Positions 29,160-38,442 of a stretch of DNA of 64,000 nucleotides are shown in pieces. Within the stretch, counting starts at the first letter, position 1; the number at the start of each line of letters is the position of its first letter. Under the pieces are notes generated by a model that was given only the letters and a program-made list of their open reading frames with translations, ran no database searches and was not told where the DNA came from. The stretch comes from an uncultured Verrucomicrobiae bacterium (lineage in GTDB: Bacteria > Verrucomicrobiota > Verrucomicrobiia > Chthoniobacterales > UBA10450). The position numbers were made by a program, and so were the translations under genes. Location: the NCBI GenBank assembly GCA_963756875.1, contig CAVWPA010000003.1:544001-608000 (forward strand), given 5' to 3'.

Positions 29160-29852
29160 ATGAAAAAGCATACTCTCGTTATCGACATCGGCGGCACTCA
29201 CGTGAAACTGATGATGTCAAACGGCGAGCAACAGCAATTTGATTCCGGACCAAAAATGCGACCGAAAGAGTTGGTCGCAGGCGTCAAAGAAACGACCAGG
29301 AGCTGGAGATTCGCCGCCGTCTCAATCGGGTTTCCTGCTCCGGTGCGGCAAGGCCGTATTGCCAGAGATCCGAAGCATCTCGGCCCCGGCTGGGTGGGAT
29401 TCAATTTTCGGAGGGCTTTAAAAAAGCCCGTGCACGTGATCAATGACGCCGCCATGCAGGCGCTCGGAAGTTACCGCGACAGGGGACGAATGCTTTTTCT
29501 GGGATTGGGCACAGGCCTTGGCTCCGCTCTGGTTTGGAAACAAACTTTAATGCCCCTCGAGCTCGGCGATCTTCCTTACCGCGACCGCAGGATCATCGAA
29601 GATTATCTTGGCATTCCCGGCCTGGAGTTACTCGGCGAAAAAGGATGGAAACGCGAGGTCCTCTACGCCGTCATGCAGCTGAAGCGGGCTTTCATCGCCG
29701 ATTACATCGTGCTCGGTGGCGGCAATGTGCATCGATTCAAAAAACTGCCCAAAGGGGTTGCGCGGGGCGCAAATGAAAATGCGTTTCGCGGCGGAGTTCG
29801 TCTTTGGGAAACCGAACCGCGCACCGGCAGTTTAACATGGCGCGTGATCTGA
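29160..29852 (+). CDS. ROK family kinase, polyphosphate glucokinase-like (copy 2)
   Basis: Close paralog of 1777-2466 (SIGFPAPVR.GRIA..PKHLG.GWVGFNF, INDAAMQALGSY). Confidence 0.85.
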   Translation: MKKHTLVIDIGGTHVKLMMSNGEQQQFDSGPKMRPKELVAGVKETTRSWRFAAVSIGFPAPVRQGRIARDPKHLGPGWVGFNFRRALKKPVHVINDAAMQALGSYRDRGRMLFLGLGTGLGSALVWKQTLMPLELGDLPYRDRRIIEDYLGIPGLELLGEKGWKREVLYAVMQLKRAFIADYIVLGGGNVHRFKKLPKGVARGANENAFRGGVRLWETEPRTGSLTWRVI

Positions 29853-30410
29853 AAAATCCGCCGGCTCGTTGAGATTGCGATAAAGCCCGGCGTCCCGATC
29901 CCCAACGCGGAAAACGCTTAACCGTCCCGCTCGCACCAATTTTTTGCTCAGTGTTTGGAACGAAAAGTCGTTTCCAGCCAGGGCCGCGAGCAGATCTTCA
30001 CGGCATTCCGCCGGATAGATCGCCGACAACGGCTCGGCACGGTCTCCGATCGTCGGAATCACGCCGCAGCCCGGCTTGATTTCGTCGCACAACAAGCGCA
30101 GGTGCGCTTCGGTCATTAACGGCATGTCGATGGCGAGAGCAAGGAGATGGTCGCTCCTCATTTGGACAAGCGACGCGGCCAGGCCACTTAACGGCCCGCG
30201 CGATGGCGGATCGTCCGCGACGAACCTGATGTCGCGCGGTCTCCAGATCGGCTCGGTTCGCGCGGAAATAAAAATTTCCGCCGGCTGCAATGCGCGCAAG
30301 AGATCGAGCTGAATTTGCCACAGCGGTTTCCCGCGAAAAAGAAGAGCAGCCTTATCGCTTCCCATCCGGCGCGATTCGCCGCCTGCGAGCAGCACCGCGC
30401 TGATGTTCAT
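29832..30410 (-). CDS. mobA: Molybdenum cofactor guanylyltransferase
   Basis: LLAGGESRRMG.DKA, GPLSGL, DMP, EPL.AIY, NLNEP. Confidence 0.92.
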   Translation of the reverse strand: MNISAVLLAGGESRRMGSDKAALLFRGKPLWQIQLDLLRALQPAEIFISARTEPIWRPRDIRFVADDPPSRGPLSGLAASLVQMRSDHLLALAIDMPLMTEAHLRLLCDEIKPGCGVIPTIGDRAEPLSAIYPAECREDLLAALAGNDFSFQTLSKKLVRAGRLSVFRVGDRDAGLYRNLNEPADFSDHAPC

Positions 30411-30895
30411 CCAACCGATTCGAGAACGCGCGCGGTGGAAGCCATTTTGCCATCGCTTAAAATCTTCGCGCGCAATCCTCCGCGACCCTTGAGAAATTCT
30501 TCCGCGCCTGGCGCAACCGCGCGGTCCATCCAATAACATGGCGCGCATTCCTGGGTGCCGTGGAAACGGACCCCTTGAATTTCAAAATCCTGCCCGATCA
30601 GCTTATTCAGATCGGTATTGCGCGTGAACACATTGCGCCGCACCGAACCTGGCGAACAGTTCTGCACTCCGAGCGCGCCGCAGAGCTGATCGAACACTTC
30701 GAGCGAGAAAAATGTGATCTGCCCTTTGTAATCGTCCTTGAAATCGAAATACCGGTCACCGCGGATTCCTCGACCGGCCACGCATTCGATCATCGGCACT
30801 TCGATTCCCGGATACCGGTCCGGTTCGCGTCCGTGATGGGCCACAAAATTGTGGCCCTGTGAAATATAAAGATGACAGATTTCCACCTCGCTCAT
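30407..30895 (-). CDS. MOSC domain protein
   Basis: GRGIRGDRY, QIT, RRN, C.PC, GRGGLRAKIL. Confidence 0.88.
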   Translation of the reverse strand: MSEVEICHLYISQGHNFVAHHGREPDRYPGIEVPMIECVAGRGIRGDRYFDFKDDYKGQITFFSLEVFDQLCGALGVQNCSPGSVRRNVFTRNTDLNKLIGQDFEIQGVRFHGTQECAPCYWMDRAVAPGAEEFLKGRGGLRAKILSDGKMASTARVLESVG

Positions 30896-30921
30896 GGTAA
30901 CATCGGGAACCGCCGTTTCAC

Positions 30922-31734
30922 ATGAAAGAAGGAGGAATCGACTCGGGCAAAATCATCACGCGCAAGGGTGACGGCAAGCTGGAATATCATGCCGACGATC
31001 TCACCATCGAGGAACCGCTCGAGATCCGCGTCGGGAGCAAAGTGTTGGCCACGACCATGCGCACCCCGGGCCATGATGACGAACTCGCAGCCGGTTTCCT
31101 GATTTCGGAAGGGATTGTTCGGAAGCTCGATGAAATCGAAAAAATTTCGCCGAGTCGCGACAATGTGGTCAATGTTGATCCTGCCCTGGGCATAAAGCTG
31201 AAGCTGAATTCCACGCAGCGATTTGGAACGATCTCCAGTAGTTGCGGAATCTGTGGCAAAGCCGGGATCGACGCGATTCGCCAGAATTTTCCGCCGATTC
31301 ATTCCGCGAAAAACATTCGGATCGATGTCGACACATTGCTGTCGCTTCCGGAAAAATTACGGGAACGGCAGGGCGACTTTGCGCGCACGGGCGGGATTCA
31401 CGCTGCCGGAATTTTCGATATCAACGGGGGCGAACCGCAATTCGTTCGCGAAGACATCGGCCGTCACAACGCCGTCGACAAGGCAATCGGCCGCGCCCTT
31501 TTCGACGGGCTGCTGCCTTTGGATCGGCATGTTCTCCTGGTCAGCGGCCGTGTATCCTTCGAGATCGTGCAGAAAGCGCTGGCAGCCGGAATTCCGATTA
31601 TCGCCGCCGTTTCGGCGCCGTCCTCACTGGCGGTGAGTTTCGCCCGCGAAAGCAATCAAACCCTGATCGGATTCCTTCGTCCACCCTCGTTCAACATCTA
31701 TTCGCACACGGAACGCGTGATTTTGGAACGCTGA
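30922..31734 (+). CDS. fdhD: Formate dehydrogenase accessory sulfurtransferase
   Basis: EEPLEIR, TMRTPG.D.ELAAGFL.SEG, SSCGICG, TGGIHAAG, EDIGRHNAVDK, SGR.SFE.VQK. Confidence 0.95.
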   Translation: MKEGGIDSGKIITRKGDGKLEYHADDLTIEEPLEIRVGSKVLATTMRTPGHDDELAAGFLISEGIVRKLDEIEKISPSRDNVVNVDPALGIKLKLNSTQRFGTISSSCGICGKAGIDAIRQNFPPIHSAKNIRIDVDTLLSLPEKLRERQGDFARTGGIHAAGIFDINGGEPQFVREDIGRHNAVDKAIGRALFDGLLPLDRHVLLVSGRVSFEIVQKALAAGIPIIAAVSAPSSLAVSFARESNQTLIGFLRPPSFNIYSHTERVILER

Positions 31735-31762
31735 GCTCAATTGGCTCCGCTCAAACGCGAGT

Positions 31763-31823
31763 TGTCGGCCGTCTGTGTCAGACGGCATTTGCTTAGACCG
31801 GCGTCTGACACAGACGCCCTACA
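31763..31823. repeat. GTAG-tagged REP-like inverted pair
   Basis: GCCGTCTG-tgt-CAGACGGC…GGCGTCTG-aca-CAGACGCCCTACA; supplies the TAG stop of the methyltransferase. Confidence 0.75.
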
Positions 31824-32682
31824 ATTGATCTTGTTGCTTCCCCAGCAGGCAAACCGCAGACCATGGACGATTCGCGCGAAACCGGGTTGGCGAGATTTTC
31901 GCGATGAGACGCAGAAAGAACGGCAGCCGGTGTATTTCGGCTGCCGCGTGGAGAATTGGATGCGCCTCTTCAGGCTTCCAACCACAGTGTGTGAAAAATT
32001 CAGGACCCTCCTGCGGCGCAAATCTCAGCGGGGCGCCCGCCTGATCGAGGGGCGCGCCCATCTTTTTCGCCAACATTTTCATCAGCGCGGGGGAAGCCAA
32101 ATCAATGATCCAGTTTTGAAAGGGCGCTGAAGCGGCGAGATCCCTGGCAAGCGCCGCGACTTCCTCTTCGGTCAGGTAAACGAGCAACCCCTCGGTAACA
32201 ATCAACACTCGGTTCGCTCGTCGGCCCAATTCTGAGAACAGTTCGCGACGAGCTGCGGCATTCGAGAGATCCAACCGAACACGCTCCAGCGCACACACCG
32301 GCTTCTCGCTTCGAAGGATCTCTTCCTTGTATCCGAGAATTTCCGGCAGATCGACTTCGATCCATTGCAAAGAAGGGGGCAAGTCCATGCGGTACGGGCG
32401 AGTGTCGAGCCCTGCGGCGAGATTGACGACCATGTCCGCGCCTTTGTGTATTTGATCGGAGATGAATTGGTCGAACAGCCACGTGCGCGCGACGAAAGGC
32501 CAGGAATGTTTTTCGGTGAACGGGATGGACGCGGCGATGTGCTCCCCGCGTTCGCCTGCGAGTCTGCGCGCGAACGGATCGCGAAATACCGCGTCAGGCC
32601 GTTCCGTTTCTCGCGCGCGATAAACGGCCACCCAACGCGCCGTGTCGGAGATATTGCGAATTTGTGATTCCGGCTCGTTCAT
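31819..32682 (-). CDS. SAM-dependent methyltransferase (LCM/TIGR00027-like)
   Basis: TARWVA.YRARE, F.DPFA, RT..FD, LAAGLDTRPYR, EVDLP, TEGLL.YL; start at MNEPESQ. Confidence 0.9.
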   Translation of the reverse strand: MNEPESQIRNISDTARWVAVYRARETERPDAVFRDPFARRLAGERGEHIAASIPFTEKHSWPFVARTWLFDQFISDQIHKGADMVVNLAAGLDTRPYRMDLPPSLQWIEVDLPEILGYKEEILRSEKPVCALERVRLDLSNAAARRELFSELGRRANRVLIVTEGLLVYLTEEEVAALARDLAASAPFQNWIIDLASPALMKMLAKKMGAPLDQAGAPLRFAPQEGPEFFTHCGWKPEEAHPILHAAAEIHRLPFFLRLIAKISPTRFRANRPWSAVCLLGKQQDQL

Positions 32683-32715
32683 CTGCTCTTTGAATATAAG
32701 CCAGCGAAGAGGGAA

Positions 32716-32800
32716 ACGTCGAACGTCCAACGCTGAACGCCCAATGTCGAACTGGCATCTTCTGAATTGGACGTTGAGCGTTGGACGTTGGGCGTTCGGC
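32716..32800. repeat. Heptamer tandem repeats (CGTTGGA/CGTTGAG family) in inverted arrangement
   Basis: acgtcgaacgtccaacgctgaacgcccaatgtcga … ttggacgttgagcgttggacgttgggcgttcggcgtt. Same family near 54548, 55883, 59364, 59521 and 63915. Confidence 0.75.
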
Positions 32801-32820
32801 GTTTGCTTCCTTCTTCGGAC

Positions 32821-32902
32821 TGCCAGGGAGGGGACTCGAACCCCTAAGGATTGCTCCACCAGATCCTAAGTCTGGCGCGTCTGCCAATTTCGCCACCCTG
32901 GC
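32821..32902 (-). tRNA. tRNA-Leu (anticodon TAG)
   Basis: GCCAGGG…TGGCAGACGCG-CCAGA-CTTAGGA-TCTGG, long variable arm, GGTTCGAGTCC, …CCCTGGCA. CCA is not encoded. Confidence 0.96.
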
Positions 32903-32975
32903 TGCCGAAGTTTAGATTTTAAGTTCCGGATGCGTGAATTCAAACGCCGATTACAGCATGGATCTTCGCCGCGTT

Positions 32976-32993
32976 TTGACACAGAAACGTAAC
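32976..32993 (+). promoter_or_regulatory. Possible Pho box
   Basis: TTGACAC-agaa-ACGTAAC with 11-bp period, about 60 bp upstream of the PlcP-like gene. Confidence 0.4.
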
Positions 32994-33050
32994 AAAACTC
33001 ACTTTGTCCTTGGCGTTCGTTAGGTGATAAATTGGTCCCAAGCTTCAAGG

Positions 33051-33905
33051 ATGCGATACCTCAATGCGCCGCAGCCTTCGCTTGCAGAGCCGGCCCGCGA
33101 AGTCGGCGGCGAGCGGCGTTTTCGCGCGGCTTGGATCTCGGACATTCACCTGGGCACGCGCAGCAGTAACGCGCTGGCATTGCTGGATTTTCTGCGAGAT
33201 CACGACGTGGCCACGCTTTATGTGGTGGGAGACCTCATTGATATCTGGCAGCTTCGGCGCGGGATTTACTGGCCACAGCAGCAAAATGACGTCATCCAGA
33301 AAATTTTGCGGAAGGCGCGAAAAGGGACGCATGTCATCTATATCCCGGGCAACCACGATGAGTTTGTGGCCGGGTTCGAGGGAAACTACGGGAACATCAC
33401 AATTCAGAAGCATGCAATCCACACTACGACCGACGGCCGGCGGATCCTGGTCATTCACGGGCATGAGCTGGACACGGTGGTGCAGAACGCGAAGTGGCTG
33501 GCGTTTGCCGGCGACGTTGGCTACCAATTTCTGTTATCGCTGAATCCGGCGATCAATTTCGTGCGCAGACACTTTGGCCTGGGCTATTGGTCGCTAAGCG
33601 CCTACGCCAAGAAGCGGGTTAAAGACGCGGTCAGTTTCGTGGGCCAATTTGAGAAGGCCGTCGCCCATTTTGCGGAGAAGTATTCGGTGGACGCGGTGCT
33701 CTGCGGTCATATTCACAGCGCCGCCATCCGGCAGATAGAAGACATTACGTATTATAATTGCGGCGATTGGGTGGAAACCTGCTCGGCGCTGGTCGAGCGC
33801 AACGATGGAACGATTGAAATGGTAAAGTACGAGCCGTTCTCCGCGGCGAGGCCGTCGTCGGTCCCTCCGCAACGCCTTATGCCTGTCGAGGCGGGCCGAA
33901 TGTGA
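33051..33905 (+). CDS. Metallophosphoesterase, LpxH2/PlcP-like (UDP-2,3-diacylglucosamine diphosphatase family / phospholipase C)
   Basis: ISDIHLG, VGDLID.W, PGNHD, IHG, WSLSAY.K, CGHIH, YYNCGDWVE. Confidence 0.85.
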   Translation: MRYLNAPQPSLAEPAREVGGERRFRAAWISDIHLGTRSSNALALLDFLRDHDVATLYVVGDLIDIWQLRRGIYWPQQQNDVIQKILRKARKGTHVIYIPGNHDEFVAGFEGNYGNITIQKHAIHTTTDGRRILVIHGHELDTVVQNAKWLAFAGDVGYQFLLSLNPAINFVRRHFGLGYWSLSAYAKKRVKDAVSFVGQFEKAVAHFAEKYSVDAVLCGHIHSAAIRQIEDITYYNCGDWVETCSALVERNDGTIEMVKYEPFSAARPSSVPPQRLMPVEAGRM

Positions 33906-34063
33906 GAGACATGAATCGACCGCGCGCCCGGTTGGACTGAACTTCTCTATTTCGCAGCATTAGACAAAATCATTCGCCGGCGGCGTCTAGTAATTGAATC
34001 CAATTGCAGATCTCCTGCATCCTATTGGTTAACGAATAAGCAGATGCGGCTACTTCTTTTCAT

Positions 34064-36481
34064 ATGATGACTGATCTTCGTTTCGCTCTTCGCCAATTAT
34101 TTAAATCGCCCGGGTTTACTTTGCTGGCGTTGATCACGCTGGCTTTGGGCATCGGGCTGAACACCGCCATCTTCAGCCTGATCAACGATCTGTTCCTAAA
34201 GGGCCTGCCTTTTAAGGAGCCGTCCCGGGTTTTGCACCTTTACTGCGGAGTGAAAGGCCAGGAACCGCTGAATTATCCGATCTCGGCGCCCCGCTTTCTG
34301 CATTATCGCGAAGGTCAGACAATTTTTTCGGGCATCGCCGCGGAGAGATTCTCCACGTTTACGCTCACGGGAGTGGGTGAGCCGGTCCAGTTCTTTGGCA
34401 GAAAAGTAACATCCAACTATTTTGACGTGCTCGGTGTTCGGCCCATTCACGGCCGCAATTTTCTGCCGAAGGAAGAAGAAACGGCTGACGTGGCGCTCGT
34501 GTCGGAGAATTTCTGGCAGAAACAACTGGGCGGCGATCCGAATGTCATCGGCCGCAGCATCACCCTGGATGGAGTGGCGCACACGATTGTCGGCGTTCTG
34601 CCGAACATGCCGGCCGCCTGGTTTGGGCCGAACGCACAAATCTGGACGACGAAACCGATGGAGATTCCCGGATTTTCCCACGAACGAATGATGCGCGGGA
34701 CCGGTTTTCTGCGGGTAATCGGCCGACTGAAACCCGGCGTGACTCTGCAGCAGGCGCGCGCGGCATTGCCTTCACTCGAACAGAGTTATCGTGCCGAGAA
34801 TCCCGGCAAGATAGACAGTCTCTTCGTCACCGTAGTGAAAACGTTGCCGGAGGATGTGAGCGGCGATTTGCGGCCGGCCTTTACAACACTGCTTGCCGCG
34901 GTGGCTTTCGTGTTGCTCATCGCGTGCAGCAACGTTGCCAATTTGTTGCTGGTTCGTTTCAGCGGCCGGCGCCGCGAGATCGCGTTGCGCATGGCGCTGG
35001 GCGCGTCGCGCGCGAGCGTTCTCCGGCTCTTCATTTTCGAAAGTCTGCTGGTAAGCGTGGCGGCGGGCGTCGTAGGTGCTTTGCTGGCGTGGCGGTTGGT
35101 GCCGCTCGTTCCGAAAATGGCGGCGAACTTTCTCCCGCTCGAGCCCACGAACGGTGCGGGACTTTCGATCCCGGTGCTTGGATTCACCGTTGCGCTTTCG
35201 CTGCTTACAGGATTGCTCATGGGAATTTATCCCGCGTGGCAAAGCTCGCGCGCCGATCTGGTGGAGGGCCTCAAGGAAGGCGGTCGCGGAACCAGCGGCA
35301 GCCTTCGTCAGCAACGCTTTCGGAAAGTTCTGGTCGGCGCGCAGGTCGCGCTCTCGGTCACATTAGTCGCAGGCGCGGCCCTGCTGATTACCAGTTTTGT
35401 GCAATTGAGCCGGCAGAATATTGGCTTCAACCCCGAAAACCTCTGGGTGGGCGGCATCACGCTGCGTCAGGCTCAATACCCGGATGTTGCCACCCGCGCG
35501 CGATTTATCGACAGGACCCTGGCCGCGTTGCACGCCGTTCCCGGGATCGAAAGCGCGTCGCTCAGCTCCGACATTCCTTTGAACGGCGGAAGCCTGGTCT
35601 TTTACGCGCGTGCCGACCGTGAAGTTTTGCCCGTGGAGAAGCGTGCAGCGGCTCCCGGACATGAAGTTTCGCTGGGATATTTTCGCAACTGGGGGATTCC
35701 CATTTTATCCGGACGCGACTTCAACAAACATGATACTGCCGATGTGCAGAAAGTGGTGCTGATTAGTCAGGCAGGCGCGCGAAAAGTTTTTGGCAACGAA
35801 AATCCAATCGGCCACACGCTTTTGCTGACGAGCGACGGTGTGCCGGCGCAAATTATTGGCATTGTGGGAGACGTGCGCGGGCAGCGAGTGGCCCAACCGA
35901 CAGACATGGAATTTTACCGGTCGCTGGCGCAGGCCAATTTCCCATTCTTCAGTATCGCGGTCCGCAGCAGACTCAAACCGGAACCGGTGACCAAGCTTGT
36001 GCAATCGGCGCTGGCCCCGATCGATCCCGGGCTTGCCATCGCCCAACCGCAAGCGATGGACACGATCGTCGCCCAGGCGCTGGGCCAGGCGCGATTGATG
36101 ATGTGGTTGCTTGGGATCTTTGCGGGCGTTGCTTTGTTGCTGGCCACGGTGGGGATTTACGGCGCGGTTGCTTACACGGTTGAGCAGCGCACCGGGGAAA
36201 TCGGCGTGCGTATGGCGCTCGGCGCGCAGACCGCCGACATCCTGCGATTAATCGTAAACCAGGGGATGCGACCTGTCGTTTTTGGTCTGGTCGCCGGTTT
36301 AGCAGCGGCGCTTGCGCTGGGACGGTTGATTGCTTCGCAGCTTTATCAAACTTCGACGCACAGTCCGACACTGCTTTCGGCCACGCTCGTCATTCTCGGT
36401 GCGGCGGCGTTGGCCGCCTGTCTGATTCCTGCGAAGCGCGCAACGCTTGTCAATCCTGTCGAAGCGTTGCGGGCGGAATAG
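34064..36481 (+). CDS. ABC transporter permease, duplicated MacB/FtsX (ADOP-type)
   Basis: DLRFALRQL.KSPGF, ALGIG.NTAIFS, LLIACSNVANL, RREIA.R.ALGA, EIGVRMALGA, P..RA..VNPVEALRAE. Confidence 0.93.
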   Translation: MMTDLRFALRQLFKSPGFTLLALITLALGIGLNTAIFSLINDLFLKGLPFKEPSRVLHLYCGVKGQEPLNYPISAPRFLHYREGQTIFSGIAAERFSTFTLTGVGEPVQFFGRKVTSNYFDVLGVRPIHGRNFLPKEEETADVALVSENFWQKQLGGDPNVIGRSITLDGVAHTIVGVLPNMPAAWFGPNAQIWTTKPMEIPGFSHERMMRGTGFLRVIGRLKPGVTLQQARAALPSLEQSYRAENPGKIDSLFVTVVKTLPEDVSGDLRPAFTTLLAAVAFVLLIACSNVANLLLVRFSGRRREIALRMALGASRASVLRLFIFESLLVSVAAGVVGALLAWRLVPLVPKMAANFLPLEPTNGAGLSIPVLGFTVALSLLTGLLMGIYPAWQSSRADLVEGLKEGGRGTSGSLRQQRFRKVLVGAQVALSVTLVAGAALLITSFVQLSRQNIGFNPENLWVGGITLRQAQYPDVATRARFIDRTLAALHAVPGIESASLSSDIPLNGGSLVFYARADREVLPVEKRAAAPGHEVSLGYFRNWGIPILSGRDFNKHDTADVQKVVLISQAGARKVFGNENPIGHTLLLTSDGVPAQIIGIVGDVRGQRVAQPTDMEFYRSLAQANFPFFSIAVRSRLKPEPVTKLVQSALAPIDPGLAIAQPQAMDTIVAQALGQARLMMWLLGIFAGVALLLATVGIYGAVAYTVEQRTGEIGVRMALGAQTADILRLIVNQGMRPVVFGLVAGLAAALALGRLIASQLYQTSTHSPTLLSATLVILGAAALAACLIPAKRATLVNPVEALRAE

Positions 36482-36493
36482 GTAACGCCGCAT

Positions 36494-36531
36494 GTCCCAA
36501 AAACGGAACAGCATCTTCCCAGACATGGAAC
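36494..36531 (+). promoter_or_regulatory. Putative bEBP enhancer (two 16-bp quasi-palindromes, 22 bp apart)
   Basis: GTCCCAAAAACGGAAC (36494) and TTCCCAGACATGGAAC (36516); mirrors the pair at 39825/39847. Confidence 0.65.
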
Positions 36532-36608
36532 ATCTGCGACCGCTTCATTCGAACCTGCCGAATCTCAATTGTCTGGAGTCCAGCTATTTATAACTGCAGT
36601 TCATTTCG

Positions 36609-36624
36609 TGGCACACGGGGTGCA
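36609..36624 (+). promoter_or_regulatory. Sigma-54 promoter (-24/-12)
   Basis: TGGCAC-ACGGG-GTGCA, 45 bp upstream of ATG 36654. Confidence 0.72.
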
Positions 36625-36653
36625 TAACGAGTGGCATCAACCAAACAAAACCT

Positions 36654-36869
36654 ATGAACGAACAATTCGAATCCACTTACGCCCTGTTAATGCGCTCGGA
36701 AGAAAAAGGACGCAGCATTCTGGAAATTGTGCTCTACGCCGCCTTCATTCTCAGTGCGATCGCCGGTATCTGGCAGCTTGCACAAACTCCGGTAAACATT
36801 ACTGCTCCCGGACTGGAGCGGTGCACTGTATGCCAAATCTCCGACGCGCAGGTTCCTGAGCGGAGCTAA
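36654..36869 (+). CDS. Small single-TM membrane protein, 71 aa, with C-terminal CxxC (microprotein family copy B)
   Basis: ATG directly after a sigma-54 promoter; TM segment EIVLYAAFILSAIAGIW; CTVC. Confidence 0.65.
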   Translation: MNEQFESTYALLMRSEEKGRSILEIVLYAAFILSAIAGIWQLAQTPVNITAPGLERCTVCQISDAQVPERS

Positions 36870-37012
36870 AGCTAATCCACTCAGCACTCATCGGGCGACC
36901 ATTAGCTGCGCGGAAGTTGCGTCTTTCCGATGGTTATTTCGCGCAGCGAGTGACGGTAGATTCAGCTTTCATCGGATTGACACCGCGCCGGAAACGCGGT
37001 TGAGAAGTAGCC

Positions 37013-38359
37013 GTGGCCAGAGTCTTAATCGCGGATGATCAGCGCGACGTGCTTGAAGCGCTTCGCATTCTTCTAAAGAGCGAAGGCCACCAGACCGATG
37101 CGGTGACTTCGCTGGCAGGCGTTTTCAACTCGTTGGAAAAGCGAGATTACTCGCTCCTGATGATGGATCTTAATTACACGCGTGACACGACCTCGGGTCA
37201 GGAAGGCCTGGAAGTTATCCCAAAGATTCAGCAGATCGACGGCACTTTGCCGATCGTAGTCATGACGGCCTGGGCAACGATCGATCTTGCGGTTGAGGCG
37301 ATGAAACGCGGCGCGCGCGATTTCGTGACAAAACCGTGGGACAACGAACGGTTGTTGACGATTGTCCGTACGCAGATCGAACTTGCCGGGGCCTTGCGCC
37401 GCGGCCAAAAGCTCGAGGCGGAAAACCAGCTGCTCCGCGGCACTGCGCCGAATCTCATCGCGGAATCTTCCACGATGCGGCCGGTCATCGAAATGATCTC
37501 ACAGGTCGCGCCATCCGACGCGAATGTGCTGGTCACCGGAGAAAACGGAACGGGAAAGGGATTGGTGGCGCAAGCGCTCCACTCGCTCTCGCCGCGCGCT
37601 GCCAAATCGATGATTACGGTAAACATGGGCGGCCTCTCCGAGACACTTTTCGAGAGCGAGCTGTTTGGACACGTGAAAGGAGCATTCACCGATGCCAAGA
37701 GCGATCGCGCCGGCCGATTCGAGCTCGCGGACGGAAGCACGCTTTTTATGGACGAAATCGCGAACATTCCGCTCAATCAGCAGGCAAAATTGCTCCGCGT
37801 GATCGAGACCGGCGAATTCGAGCGGGTAGGTTCTTCAAGAACCTTGCACGCAAATGTTCGGATTATTTCCGCCACGAACGCGAACCTGAATGATGAAGTT
37901 GCTGCCGGTCGCTTTCGTCGGGATTTGCTCTTCCGGTTAAACACAATCGAAATCCCGTTGCCTCCGCTGCGCGACCGGCGCGACGATATCATGCCGCTGG
38001 CGGGGCATTTTTTGCGCCAGCATGTCCAGCGGTATCGCAAACAGATTGCCGGGTTCGACGAAACGGCCCGGGAACGGCTGATGCAACATTCTTTTCCGGG
38101 CAATGTTCGAGAACTGGATCACGTCATCGAGCGCGCTGTTTTGATGACGCGCAGCCCGCAGATCAAAGCGGCGGACCTGGGTCTGGCGACTGGCCGGGAC
38201 GATTCACGAAGTCTCGAAGAGATGAGCCTCGAAGAAGTCGAAGCTTTTCTGATCAAAAAAGCGCTGGCGAGAAATGACGGGAACGCGCGCAAAGCCGCCG
38301 AGGCGCTGGGGTTGAGTCGAAGCGCATTTTATCGGCGGCTTCAACAATATGGATTATGA
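37013..38359 (+). CDS. Sigma-54-dependent response regulator (NtrC/Fis family bEBP)
   Basis: REC (IADD…MDLN), TGENGTGK, ESELFGH.KGAFTDA, RDLLFRLN, FPGNVREL, C-terminal HTH. Confidence 0.96.
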   Translation: MARVLIADDQRDVLEALRILLKSEGHQTDAVTSLAGVFNSLEKRDYSLLMMDLNYTRDTTSGQEGLEVIPKIQQIDGTLPIVVMTAWATIDLAVEAMKRGARDFVTKPWDNERLLTIVRTQIELAGALRRGQKLEAENQLLRGTAPNLIAESSTMRPVIEMISQVAPSDANVLVTGENGTGKGLVAQALHSLSPRAAKSMITVNMGGLSETLFESELFGHVKGAFTDAKSDRAGRFELADGSTLFMDEIANIPLNQQAKLLRVIETGEFERVGSSRTLHANVRIISATNANLNDEVAAGRFRRDLLFRLNTIEIPLPPLRDRRDDIMPLAGHFLRQHVQRYRKQIAGFDETARERLMQHSFPGNVRELDHVIERAVLMTRSPQIKAADLGLATGRDDSRSLEEMSLEEVEAFLIKKALARNDGNARKAAEALGLSRSAFYRRLQQYGL

Positions 38360-38442
38360 ACTGTGGAGGCGGCCTCGCGTGCCGGCTGGCGGCAAGTCCA
38401 AACACTTCGCTGGGCGACACCTTCGCCGCGCACAGGGCAGAA

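Noticed and set aside
33961..33989. TAGAC-N19-GTCTA inverted repeat / ECF-like CGTCTA upstream of the first permease
   Set aside because: Single occurrence with short arms; cannot be distinguished from chance.
36895..36957. Structured RNA or riboswitch between microprotein B and the regulator (GCTGCGCG…CGCGCAGC stem)
   Set aside because: A hairpin is possible, but it matches no riboswitch I recognise and has no U-tract.
38356..38442. N-terminal extension of the histidine kinase from ATG 38356
   Set aside because: The segment resembles a degenerate GTGG/GTAG REP pair, so ATG 38443 is preferred, although the ATGA overlap with the regulator leaves the longer start possible.
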